NCBI GenBank assembly: GCA_038087875.1
Contig: CM075997.1
Span: forward strand, 3,040,001-3,104,000
Reading direction: 5' to 3'
DNA: 64,000 nt
Source: Malacoraja senta
Lineage: Eukaryota
Part shown: one piece after another, positions 51,389 through 63,374 of the stretch
How positions within the stretch are numbered: the stretch's first letter is position 1
Layout of the letters: each line of letters opens with the position of its first letter
Position numbers and translations under genes: made by a program
Notes under the pieces: model-generated
What the model saw: the letters and a program-made list of their open reading frames with translations, nothing else
The model's database searches: none
Told to the model about the DNA's origin: nothing

Positions 51389-53843
51389 AGAATACAGAAT
51401 GCAATTGAGTTACGAATGATACCTCCATTAGAATAGTGCTCATTTAGAATGGACTTATTCAATAAATATATATTTGTATTGATTCCCTCATTATATAACT
51501 TCAGAGATTTGGCAATGGCAAATTGACCGATTTTGCCTATGTTTAAGCAAAACGTGTGATGACGACCCTCAAAATTAATTAGCAATTTAAATTAAACAAA
51601 GCTTTAGTATAATAAAAGGATTAAGATAGAAAAAACACAAGATACACATCTGTGAAATGTTTGTGTCGGAAGGAACTGCAGATGCTGAGTTTAAATCGAA
51701 GATAGACACAAAATGCTGGAGTAACTCAGCGGGACAGGCAGCATCTCTGGAGAGAAGGAATGGGTGGAAACAGAAGAAGGATCTCGACGTGAAACGTCAC
51801 CCATTCCTTCTCTCTAGAGATGCTGCCTGTCCCGCTGAGTTACTTCAGCATTTTGTGCCAATCTTCTGTGAAAGGTTTGTTGTACATGGCAAAAGATAGA
51901 AAAGTAATGAAGAACTCCACGTAAAAATTAACAACATAAAATTGTAGAATTCTTAAACCTGCCCAGTAAAACAAAATAAACATCCTCACTTTCATGGGGT
52001 AACTTGAATCTGAAATATGAAAGCCTGTTGTACAAAGACAATGAGAAGCAGCAGTATCCAAATTAGGGAAATTTGGGATACATAATGTTAAACATTATAC
52101 ATAACAGAATCAAGGGATATGGGGGAGAAAGCAGGAATGGGGTACAGATTTAGGATGATCTGCCATGATCATACTGAATGGCGGTGCTGGTTCGAAGGGC
52201 TGAAGGGCCTACTCCTGCACCTATTTTCCATGTTTCTAAATTCATGCCTCCTATTAAGGTAGAGTAAATTCAAGCATTTCTCAGACACCAGGCTGAAGAA
52301 ATGTTGAATACTTTCTGTCATCATCTTTGACAGAACATTCAAGGTGGACAATATGGTGGCTGGCAGGTAAACCTGCTGCATTGTGACCCAGTTCAAACGC
52401 CGTCCTATACAAGCCATTGTCGCACAGATAAACAAATGTGGCAGAAAACTTGCATCATAGCCTTCGTTAAAGAGATACCCAAGTACAAAACTGGTAGACT
52501 GCTTTTCTGTAGGTTAAATCCTAGGTTAAATCTGTAGGTTAAATCCTACAGGATTCAACATCAAATGTGTCATACGTACCCAACCTGTCCCAGCTTCCAA
52601 ACAAGAAAGTCTATTTAACTTGAGATGTTATTAATTTACCTCTCCTTCACATTCTAGGAATGGTTACCAGAACAAAATACATCCAGAGCTTCTCAGAACC
52701 ACCACAAACCCACTCTGCTTTCAGGGCTCCTACAATACTCAATATCACCTACTACAGCTGCAAGTACAAGGAAACACACTTTCACAAATAGTTTCAACCA
52801 TTTTGTTCCCTTCCCTTCCCTACACCCGAAGTCTACTGTAGGCAGATGGCGAAGAGAATATGTACCAGAACCAGTTAAAACATGTGGTGCCTTAAGTGAT
52901 GCCTGTGGTGCTGGCTGAAGCCTGATCACTAATTGCACCTTAACCCTTGTTAGCCCAGTACTGTGCATCACACTTCACTGAACATGCATTAGCCTTTAAG
53001 AGGAAGGAGTATCACTTTAATAACACCGAACTTCAAAAGTTATAATGAGAAATGACGCAATTAGCATGTGGAAGGCTAAGAGTGATTAAGAAAATAAGAA
53101 ATAGTAGGCCATCCAGCCCCTCAATCCCCATCCAGCAAGATCACACCGATTGTTTAGTTCAACACCATTCACCTGCGTAACCCCCATAACCACGGTTTAG
53201 AATACAATCAATTGCAAAGCTTCCTAGGGTTTCTGTGATAAGAGAATTCCAAAGATCTACCGCCCTTTGAATTAAGACATTTCAGTCCTAAATGGCTTTC
53301 CACTTAATTTCAAAATTGTGACCACATCTTCTCGGATTGAAACATAGAAAACTGAGGCAGGACGTACTAAATGACCGTTACAATTTCCCATATTTTTAAT
53401 CTCCCCATGTACCGTTTGTATGGTGTGCGTAAAGTAGGGATGACCTGCACTACAAAGTTTTGATTTTTTTTCCTATCAAATTAGATAACCTCATAATTTT
53501 CCACAATGTACTCCGTGGCTCATAATGTTACTGACTGGCTCAGTTTTTTAAAATGTAAATTGTCATGGCGTTGAAGAATTTCCTGGGTGGACAGAAATTC
53601 CTGTGTTTATGTAGTGTAGGACTAGGTGTAGATCTTTCCAGATAGAAACAAGAAAACACACTCCAAACAGCAGTTGGCGCAGCCAATTTTTAATCTTGTT
53701 CCATTACCATAAATATTGATCACTCGAGTGTCCTCTCTGACTCCATTGCCTAATCATGTCAACCCATCATGTCTGAAGAAGGGTCTCGACCCGAAATGTC
53801 ACCCATTCCTTCTCTCCAGAGATGCTGCCTGTCCTGCTGAGTT

Positions 53844-54488
53844 CAATCGAATGGCATGTTGGCCTTCATAACAAGAGGAGTTGAGTATCGGAGCAAAGTG
53901 GTCCTTCTGCAGTTGTACAGGGCCCTAGTGAGACCACACCTGGAGTATTGTGTGCACTTTTGGTCTCCAAATTTGAGGAAGGACATTCTTGCTATTGAGG
54001 GAGTGCAACGTAGGTTCACAAGGTTAATTCCCGGGTTGGCGGGACTGTCATATGCTGAGAGAATGGAGAGGCTGGGCTTGTACGCTCTGGAATTTAGAAG
54101 GATGAAAGGGAATCTTATTGAAACATATAAGATTATTAAGGGTTTGGACACGCTAGAGGCAGGAAACATGTTCCCGATGCTGGGGGAGTCCAGAACCAGG
54201 GGCCACAGTTTAAGAATAAGGTGTAAGCCATTTAGAACGGGGATGAGGAAACACTTTTTCACACAGAGAGTTGTGAGTGTGGAATTCTCTGCCTCAGAGG
54301 GGGGTGGAGGCCGGTTCTCTGGATACTTTCAAGAGAGAGCTAGATAGGGCTCTTGAAGATAGCAGAGTCGGGGGATATGGGGAGAAGGCAGGAACGGGGT
54401 ACTGATTGTGGATGATCAGCCACGATCACATTGAATGGCGGTGCTGGTTTGAAGGGCCGAATGGCCTACTCCTGCACCTATTGTCTAT
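53844..54488 (+). mobile_element. CR1 LINE 3' fragment nested in a Penelope-derived unit
   Basis: ORF 53856-54347 (LYRALVRPHLEYCVHFWSP...); TGAGTT duplicated at 53838-53843 and 54489-54494. Confidence 0.9.
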
Positions 54489-55559
54489 TGAGTTACTCCA
54501 GCATTTTGTGTCTATGTCAGTAACTCATATTGAAAGCAATGATAGTTCAGCCCTAGCAACTCCACCGCTGCGCCACTGTGCCGCCCCTGGTTGTAGGAAA
54601 ATAATTTGGGGAATGAAATGGAATTGTTCTGACTAACAGCAGTAGGCCCAGTGGTGCCCTTCATTGTCAAAAGCAAAGCATGGAAATATCTATATTATTA
54701 CTTTTGTGAATCTTTATGTTTGCTGCTGTCAAGATGTCACCCTTCACTTAATAATACAATTCCCTCCTGAGTAATTACATCTTTAACGCAGTACTGAAGG
54801 AGTGCTATGACCCTTCCTATGAGAAAAAGGCATTTCACATTGAAGGTATAAGGACTATTTGGAGCAAATTCTGCTGCAAGGGTGAAGGAGATGGTCATGC
54901 AATGGTCAGTTTATCAAGAAAAGCACCTAGATTTTAATTTTAATACGACATCGAATACAAGACATCAGTTGTCTTAAAAGTTATACATTCATTTATGAGC
55001 AGCATGTTCCTAGCTGCAACACAAAAATAAATCACTTCATTCATAGCCTGTGGGAGGCTTTTCTCTCTGAACATCCTCTCCCTTGTCCAGCTCAGATGCT
55101 TTTGCCATTTTCTCTTGAGAATACTAGCTTTTCCATCTTTTACACTATCTGTTGCTGGGTGGATATTCAGAGTCATCGTCTATTCCCAATCACAACAGCA
55201 AGATTGAGATTTTTTTAAACGGCCAATTTAGAGTCAGACGGCATGGAAACAGGCCCTTCGACCCAACATGACAACTGAGATGCCCAAAGTTAGCCACATT
55301 TGTGCTGTCTTTAGCTCTAAACCTTTCCTGACAGTGAATGTGAACATTTAAAACCGTCAGTTTAACATCTTTGCCTCAATTTGCACACAGTTTTTGGCTG
55401 CCCAGATGCCTCCTGCCACCCCCAAACACAACGCATTTCACTTCTCTGCATTGTTATCTAATCATTTGGTCCACATGTTGAAGCTGGACCAAAATCATTG
55501 CAAATTGGTTCGAATAAAGACGGTAAGGAGGATCCAGTACGGCAACAATGAAAACTTAC

Positions 55560-55653
55560 TTGCATGTTTGTCTGCAAGTCCAATAAGGGTGCTTGGTATA
55601 TCTCGTCTTCTGTAGAAACAAACCACTTTTGCTTCAACATTGCCATTCGCAGT
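55560..55653 (-). CDS. MTA1: MTA1 exon (BAH): [31 protein letters not shown]
   Basis: 94 nt; ttttag acceptor, gtaagt donor; phase 0-1. Confidence 0.95.
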
Positions 55654-56001
55654 CTAAAATTAGTGAAATAAAAACAGATCTGTTATTTAGAATATAATTA
55701 CTAAATCAAAAACTAGCAGAAAGCAAGATGACAAAATGTTTTTCAATGGGACAGGGTCACGTGGAATTTGGATGTGTCAATATTTCACACACAGTTTAAG
55801 TATATGTCTACCTTTCATTTCAACACCCATGAGGCATCTCTAACTTTCTTAATGCGAGACTGTACAGCAGTTTATGTGCCAGGTGGATGAATTCCTTGTT
55901 CTTTATCTGAACACCAATTCATCTGAAGTCATTGCCACTGACACAAGGCCTATACTCACCAACATTTCAGACTCTACTTCAACTAAGAGACCTTAACTTA
56001 A

Positions 56002-56292
56002 GGGCGGCCACGGTGGCGCAGCAGTAGTTGCTGCCTTACAGCGCTGGAGACTCGGGTTCAATCCCAACTATGGGTGCTGCCTGCACGGAGTTTGTAGGTT
56101 CTCCCCGTGACCGCTTGAGTTTTCTCCGAGATCTTCAGTTTCCTCCCACACTCCCAAGACGTACAGACGGCTTGGTGTGTGTGTAAATTGACCCTAGTGT
56201 GTGTAGGATAGTGTTAATGTGCGGGGATCGCTGGTTGGTGCGGACTCGGTGGGCCGAAGGGCCTGTTTCCGCACTGTATCTCTTAACTAAAC
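56002..56292 (+). mobile_element. HE1-like tRNA-derived SINE
   Basis: A box TGGCGCAGCAG, B box GGTTCAATCCC, conserved body and tail. Confidence 0.85.
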
Positions 56293-58421
56293 CTGGCTGA
56301 TGAGAGTTAAGATTTCTATAAATCCTTAAAAGTTAGCTATTTATCAGGGTGACATGATGTTTTTCAAATATCTTTATATTCCATTCTTCACCCTTGCACC
56401 AACAATACAGGTTTTCTAGGTCAAATCAGATGATGATTTCAATGATCCCCAATTCCTCAGCTTGTCGGTTTGTTGTTCAAGAAACTAAATCAATCTTATT
56501 CCATGGCAAACTGTGCTGACAATCAATTTCAATTCCTCCAGTAGCTCTCCACTTTTCATTAAATATGTGTTCTATGCCTGTCGTATTGATTTCGATTCTC
56601 CTCCATCTCCTTCTCTCAAAGTTTCAATAACGTTAGTTTTAAGCAGTGTTGATACCTGATTGTGATCTATCCTGGTGACTTTCAATAAGATGCTCATAAT
56701 TCCTATCCATCCTTCAAGTTCATATTGTTAATCAGAGTCTTCTTTCAATGCAACTCCCAGCACTACCACTACATAATCTCTCAATCTTCGACGGATCATG
56801 TCATCAGATTTCTCTTTTAATATTTCGTTTTCTAAGTGAGTAGAAAGAGCAATAAAGTTGAGAGGGCATTTTAAGGCAGGGAGAAAACTTCAATCCTTAA
56901 TTATTGCAAATCATAAAAGAGACCAGGTTTCGGAACTTGGAAGTTGCCATTTTCTCAAGTTAAATATTGAAAAGCCCGAAGCATCCCATGTGCACTTAAT
57001 TTCAAACTCCTTCCCAGCCACCATCCCAGGCTGAACTTGCACGTTAATAACCATAATCTCCCCCGACAATTATCAATTCCATTAATATCACCCACTGAAG
57101 CCTCAGCTCAGCCCACCTGCCAGACTTGATTTGTGCCAGCCTTCCATTTCTGCTCTCCAAACTGCAACATGCAAAGTTATGCTCACTGTGCTTTCAAATT
57201 AAAATCATCTTGATTATTGCAAGAAATCAAAAAGGATGATACAGTGACAAGCATTTGGCATTGCTGCTACACAGCTTCAGCAACCAGGGTTTGATCCAGA
57301 CCTCAGGTGCTATCTTGTGCAGGTTTTACACATTCTCCCTTTGATTGTCGAGTTTCCTCCAGCATCTTCCCACTGTGCTGGTATATTGACTGGCAATTGT
57401 AAATTGCAGGTAGACCCAAAATGCTGGAGTAACTCAGTTGGACATGGGGCATCTCTGGAGAGAAGGAATGGATGAAGTTTTGGGTCGAGGCCCTTCTTCA
57501 GACTGATGTCAGGGGAGGGGGCGGGACAGACATAGAATGTAGTCGGAGACAGTAAGACTGGTGGGAGAACTGGGAAGGGGAGGGGATGGAGCGAGAGGGA
57601 AAGCAAGGGCTATCTGAAGTTAGAGAAGTCAATGTTCATACCGCCGGGGTGTAAGCTACCCAAGACTGCTCGTTTAGGTAAGTGGCAGGAGAATTTTAGG
57701 AGGTTGCTGATATGCAAGAATGAATAGGTGGCAGGGAACTAAGTGGAGGAATGGGATTACTCAGAGAACCAGCACTTGGGACTCAATATTGAATTATATA
57801 ACAAGGTAACTTGATTTCTGTGTCAGTCACCAATTTGTTACAATCGTTCAATATTTAATCCTCCTCTCTACCCCCACTCTTCCTCTGGGTTTGAAAAACA
57901 TACCCAGTTTGAACTGCCAGTTCTCTTTATGCCCCCAAAGGGGACATAATTCAGAAATTCCAGCACAGGAAGCAGAGCTGCTTGGACAGATAATGAAAAC
58001 AAGGAACTGGATTTAAGAGGATGGAAAAATAAACAGTGGGAGATAGCACAAGGTGAAAAGAGATTCAGTGGGCATGTGATAGATGTCAATGAATCGCACA
58101 GCCTCGGGGAGATGGTTTAAGAGGAGATTAGAAGTTTAAGGTTGGAAACAGAAAAGAACATTGGAAACAAGTTAAATATCGTTCTCTGGGTCAGGCCAGA
58201 AGCAGGAGAAGTCAATGCAAACAGAGAGTAGGTTGGAAAGAGAGTAGAACTTTGCCTCTGCCTCTTTTATCTGTTGAACCTTTTACTTAACTGCTAAAAA
58301 AACAAGTGAAAAACAGAAGGTGCTAAAAGTACAAGCTACAGTTGGGGAAAGAGTGGGTTGTCCTTTCACAATTACAACCGTTCAACATATGGAAGTTTAA
58401 CAACCAGAAATGTTCATTATA

Positions 58422-58587
58422 CAATGCCCTCCATAATTTTTGGGACAAAGACCCATCATTTATTTATTTGCCTCTGTACTCCACAATTTGAGATTTGTAA
58501 TAGAAAAAAATCACGTGTGGTTAAAGCGCACATTGTCAGACTTTAATAAAGGCCATTTTTATACATTTTGGTTTCACCATGTAGAAA
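58422..58587 (+). mobile_element. Solo left TIR fragment of the Tc1 family at 39964-41558
   Basis: TA|CAATGCCCTCCATAATTTTTGGGACAAAGACCCATC..., matching the TIR. Confidence 0.88.
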
Positions 58588-59207
58588 CTTGAGGGGGGGG
58601 GGGAGGGGGTAGAAGAACCGGAATCAAAAAGAATGAAACCCTTCTCTCCCCTTACCAGTCCTTAGCCAACCCCACCCTCTACAGGTAGATACTGCCAGAA
58701 AGGTGACTATTTGCTTTGTAGAAGAATTGTATTTCAGGGAAGGTAAGACTTGTCAGCGCACTGACATTGGAACATAGAACAGCACAGCACAAGAACAGGC
58801 TCTTGGGCCCACAATGTCAGTGCCAAACTTGATGCCACGATGAACTAATCTCATTTGCCCACACATTCTGCTTCAATAAATATAAAACAATCGGACCTGA
58901 AGTACAAAGCATCTATCTGAAACATTAACTGTTTTTATAATATGAACATAAATGCTGTCTGACCTGTTGCATATTTATAACATTTTATTTATTCGATTTC
59001 CAGCACCTGCAGTTTTTTTTGCTTTTCAAAATTCCTTACTCATCAGGTTTAATAGCCAGCTGGGTTGAACTCATGATATAGAATGACTGCAAGATTAAAG
59101 ACTAATAAATTGAGTTTGACCTGAAATCGTAACTCTGCTTGTCTTTCCACAGATGGTGCCTGATCCAATTGATTTGAGAAATTGGTTGGACTGACATTTC
59201 TCATAGA

Positions 59208-60192
59208 TGTCCTCATTCTTTTGGGAACAGGGGTTCCCCTTATCTGTTATAGATAAGGCTCTCACCAGGGTCTCCTCCAAATCCCGCAGCTCCGCTCTTA
59301 CTCCCCCTCCCCCTATTCGTAACAAGGACAGAGTCCCTCTTGTCCTCACCTTCCACCCCATCAGCCATCGCATACAACATATAATCCTCCGACATTTTCG
59401 CCACCTCCACCTACTACTGGCCACATCTTCCCATCTCCTCTCCTTTCTGTTTTCCGCAGAGACCGTTCCCTCCGTAACTCCCTGGTCAATTTGTCCCTTC
59501 CTACCCAAATCACCCCTCCCCGGATATTTTCCCCTGCAACCGCAGGAAATGCAACACTTGTCGTTTTACCTCCCCCCTCGACTCTATCCAAGGACTCAAT
59601 CAGTCTGCCTCACCTGCTGAGCTTCTCCAGCATTTTTGTCTACCCCCAATCAGTCTTTCCAGGTGAGGCAGAGGTTCACCTGCACCTCCTCCAACCTCAT
59701 CTACTGCCTCCGCTGTCTACTTCTCTACATCGTCGAGACCAAGCACAGGCTCGGCGATCGCTTCTCTGAAGCGCCTCCGCTCAGTCCGTGTTAACCAACC
59801 TGATCGATCAGTTGCTCAGCACTTCAACTCCCCCTCCCATTCCCAATCTGACCTGGGCCTCCTCCATTGCCATAGTGAGGCCCAGCTGAAATTGGAGGAA
59901 CAGCATCTCATATTTCGCTTGGGTAGTTTATACCCCAGCGGTATGAACATTGACTTCTCTAATTTTAGATAGACTTTTCCCTCCTTCCCCTCCCCCTTCC
60001 CAGTTCTCCCACAGTCCCACTGTCTCCGCCTACTTCCTTTCTTTCCCCCCGCCCCCGACATCAGTCTGTAGAAGGGTCTCGACCCGAAACGTCATCTATT
60101 CCTTCTCTCCATAGATGCTGCCTCACCCTCTGAGTTTCTCCAGCATTTTTTGTCTACCTTCAATTTTTCCAGCATCTGCAGATCTTTCTTAA
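59208..60192 (+). mobile_element. 5'-truncated Penelope-like retroelement (linker, degenerate GIY-YIG endonuclease, pseudo-LTR)
   Basis: MSSFF..QGFP..VIDKAL...RNKDRVPLVLTFHP; SNLIYC...LYIVETKHRLGDRFSE; ends in the ubiquitous short repeat; flanking ACAT(T/A)TCTCATAGA (59194-59207, 60193-60206). Confidence 0.85.
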
Positions 60193-61371
60193 ACATATCT
60201 CATAGACAGTTCTTAATAGTATCAAGATGGAGACACAAGAGACTGCAGTTGCTGTAATCTGAAGCAAAGAATAAATTGTTGGAGTATCTCAGTGGGTCAG
60301 GCGGCATCTGTGGGCCAAGGAGATAGTCAATGTTTCAATTTGAGACTGTGCATCATCAATAATATTATCTGGATAATTGTGAAGATTTAAAACTATCGAG
60401 GGATAAAGCTACTTCTTTAATGAGATCTGACCATTTAGGTTCATGGAATGGAGGGTCAGAAGGCTAACTGAACATGTAACAAGTGGCAAAAGGGGAAGAA
60501 TAAGATAACAAAGGCATCTGCTAACTGCTTAAAAAAAACATTGAGGCTCAGTGTCAATTCTTGTCTGATAATCACTCAAAGTAGCTCAGATGTTCCATTA
60601 TATTAAAACACAGGTTATTGTTTATGGTCCATCCAATCTGAAAGTATAATTGAAGACCATGGGACGTAGCGAGTAACTGAGCAGATACTGAAGAGAATGA
60701 TTCAAATAAACACTTGTGAAATGCAGAAGGGGACTGACCTCTGGAAATGATAATATTAGTAATTCAAGGAATGCCAAAAGACATCGGCACCAGGTTCAAA
60801 CCATGCTGCTTGCTAAAATCCATGCAACGTTGAGCAGATCCAATAAAAGCCGAATCAACACTATCCCAAATCTAACCTTCAAGGAAGCCCAACAGCATAA
60901 AATACAGCAGCTCCCCGGGTAAAGAATGACCTGACCAGCAGTAATCTAACTTTATGCAAATTCTCCTATACATTTTTAAAACATTTTTCCAAGTTAGTAA
61001 TATTAAAAAAGTTTCACAATATTCATGACTGGATGTAGAATATATCCCAATTATGGGTGGTGTTAGAGTGATTATTTAATGAAATGAAAGAATTTTAGTT
61101 CATGAATGATTAATCACATACCAACCTCTGCAACAGAAAAAAAGCGCAATATTAAACAATATGCACATCTATCCAGATTAGCAGGGAAAATGTGACAAAA
61201 AGACTGTTAAATCATTAAGATTGCAGATTGTTGGTTAAAAATCCAATATTATGAAGTGGTTAATATTATGTTTAAATTAACACACACTCATTTCTTAATA
61301 CTAAGAATGAATCTGTTTGAAATTTGCAAAATTACTCATTAGATTATCGTAGGAGAGGAACTAGCTACAAA

Positions 61372-62130
61372 AGAATCAGAATCAGAATCAGAATCACACT
61401 TTATTCGCCACGTATGTTTTGCAACATACGAGGAATTTCATTGGCCAGGTCAGTCATACAATTAAAAGTAACAGAACACTCAAATTTTTTTTTAATATGA
61501 ACATCCACCACAGTGACTCCTACACATTCCTCACTGTGATGGAAGACGAAATAAAGTTCAAGTCCTTCCCTTAGTTCTTCCTCGGTCGTGGGCCTCGGGC
61601 CCCCGCGAAGGGATGATCTTGACTCCCGTAGCCAGCGGCGTTCGGGCCCTCCGCGTCGAGGTGATCTGCTCCTGCATCGGGGGGGATGTCAGCTCCCCCG
61701 CGCCAGGCGATCGAACCTCTCGTCGGGGCTAGTCGAGCCTTCTGCGGCGTTGGAGCTCCCGACTCGGCCTCACCCGAGACTGCGAGCCCTTGGTGTTGAT
61801 TCCGCGGTGGTCGCAATCCCAGGCAAGGGATCAGCTCTGATGTTAAGTCCGCGCCCCGCAGTGGGGCTCACGACAGACCGAGGAGGCTTCCAGCTCCAGC
61901 AATGGTAGGCCGCAGATCCCGGAGAATGCAATCCGAAAATTGATCACATCTCCGGGAAGGTAGGAACTTGTCAAAAAGTTTCCCCCGACCCCCTCCCCTC
62001 TCCCCCCACATAAAACAAACCGAAGAACATTAAAACAAAAACTTTTAACAAACTAAAAAATGATAAAAAGAGTGAAAAGACAAACAGACTGCCGGCAGGG
62101 CTGCCATCTCCCCGACGCCCCTGGTGGTCT
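61372..62130 (-). mobile_element. GC/CpG-rich non-coding retroposon with (TGATTC)n tail (approximate bounds)
   Basis: (GAATCA)n followed by CACTTTATT on the plus strand (AATAAA on minus); shares a CACAGTGA...TCACTGTG stem with the tail-type element at ~48600-48797. Confidence 0.6.
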
Positions 62131-63374
62131 TTTGGAGAATGGAGAAAATGCTTCTTAAAGGAAACAGGAGACCATGATCACAATTGAACTTTTACTTGAG
62201 AGTTATTGTAGGGAATCCTGCAACACTAACTGGCCTTGCAATTCTCCACAAGGAACTCCCGATTTTAATCTTGCCTCGGTGGACAAGCAGAAATGGAATT
62301 CCAAGCAAAGGCCAGACACTTCCTTTACGTAGCAGACTGCATAATTCAGAACTAGCAGTTAAAGTGAATCAACATTAACAGAAGGATCCCCAAAGGTGAG
62401 TCAATATACAATGGCCAATGACACTCTTGGGAGTCTTGAAGATCAGCATGACTGAAGACCATATACATCACGGAATAGGGTCCTTTGGCTCACCATGTCC
62501 ATGCTGGCCATCACTGATACTGAATCCATGTACCAGCACTTGGCCATGCACATGTTAGCAATTCAACTGCTTGTCTCGAAACCTCTTAAATGTTGAGAGT
62601 ATCTGTCTTAAACTACTTTTAGATTGTAAGAAATGTTTCCTCACTCAAAGCTGTGCCCTCTACTTTTAGATAACTCTGACAAGGGGAAATGTACCATCTA
62701 CTTGGGCCTTTTTATGCCCCTCTTGACTTTGCATACCTGTACCAGGTCGCTCCTCAACGCACACGCACGCACACACCCCCCCCCCCCCCAATAAAGATTT
62801 GCAACTGCTTTAAACAGGGAGGATTAGAAGTAGCAAATCATCATGGGTTAATCACCACAGGCAAAATGCTGCAATGCCAGAAACATAAAAATATAAGTGC
62901 TAGAAATACTCAGCTGGACAGGTGGTAACTACTGTGAGAAACAGAAATCAATGCTTCAAATTGATGTTGTAAAAGAAGCTGAAACGTTAACTCTAATTCT
63001 TTCTCCTCACATGTGTCCGATCTGTCATATGCTTCCAGCATTGTCTGTTTTTGTAACTACCAGAGCCTGTTGTGGGCTCCTGAATGCTTTCAGCATTCTG
63101 AGGGACTACTTAGCTTGTTCAGCAAAGAGGCACAAAAACTGTCAAATAAGAGAGCACTTAGGTTGAAACTAAGCAATCCCTTTAGAGAGTTCAAAAATAA
63201 CAAGTTGATAAATGGGAAATACATCACACCCTTAGGTTTAACCACCGGAGGAAAAACATTCCAATGCGGGAAACATTTTAAAATTTAAAATCCAATTTAA
63301 AATGTAGATCACAGCAGCAGGTGTGTGATTATAAAGTTATTAGCTGTCTGTCCAAAGGTATCAATTTGTACAGG

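Larger units (their letters stand above)
2883..55653 (-). other. MTA1: Partial gene model: metastasis-associated protein 1 (NuRD subunit), 15 internal coding exons
   Basis: 15 GT-AG exons join with compatible phases into one open frame (1672 nt). The translation matches MTA-family BAH/ELM2/SANT/GATA motifs. The C-terminal motifs [27 protein letters not shown] and MKKRLLMP are MTA1-type rather than MTA2/MTA3. Confidence 0.9.

Noticed and set aside
52507..52548. Short tandem TAGGTTAAATC repeats
   Set aside because: Simple local slippage duplication with no further structure.
61000..61350. AT-rich stretch with TAAT/ATTA motifs as a possible conserved enhancer
   Set aside because: Such motifs are expected at this AT content, and conservation cannot be assessed without alignments.
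62114..62127. CTCF-like motif (minus strand CCACCAGGGGCGTC)
   Set aside because: One G short of the usual core spacing and at the edge of a repeat; not supportable from sequence alone.
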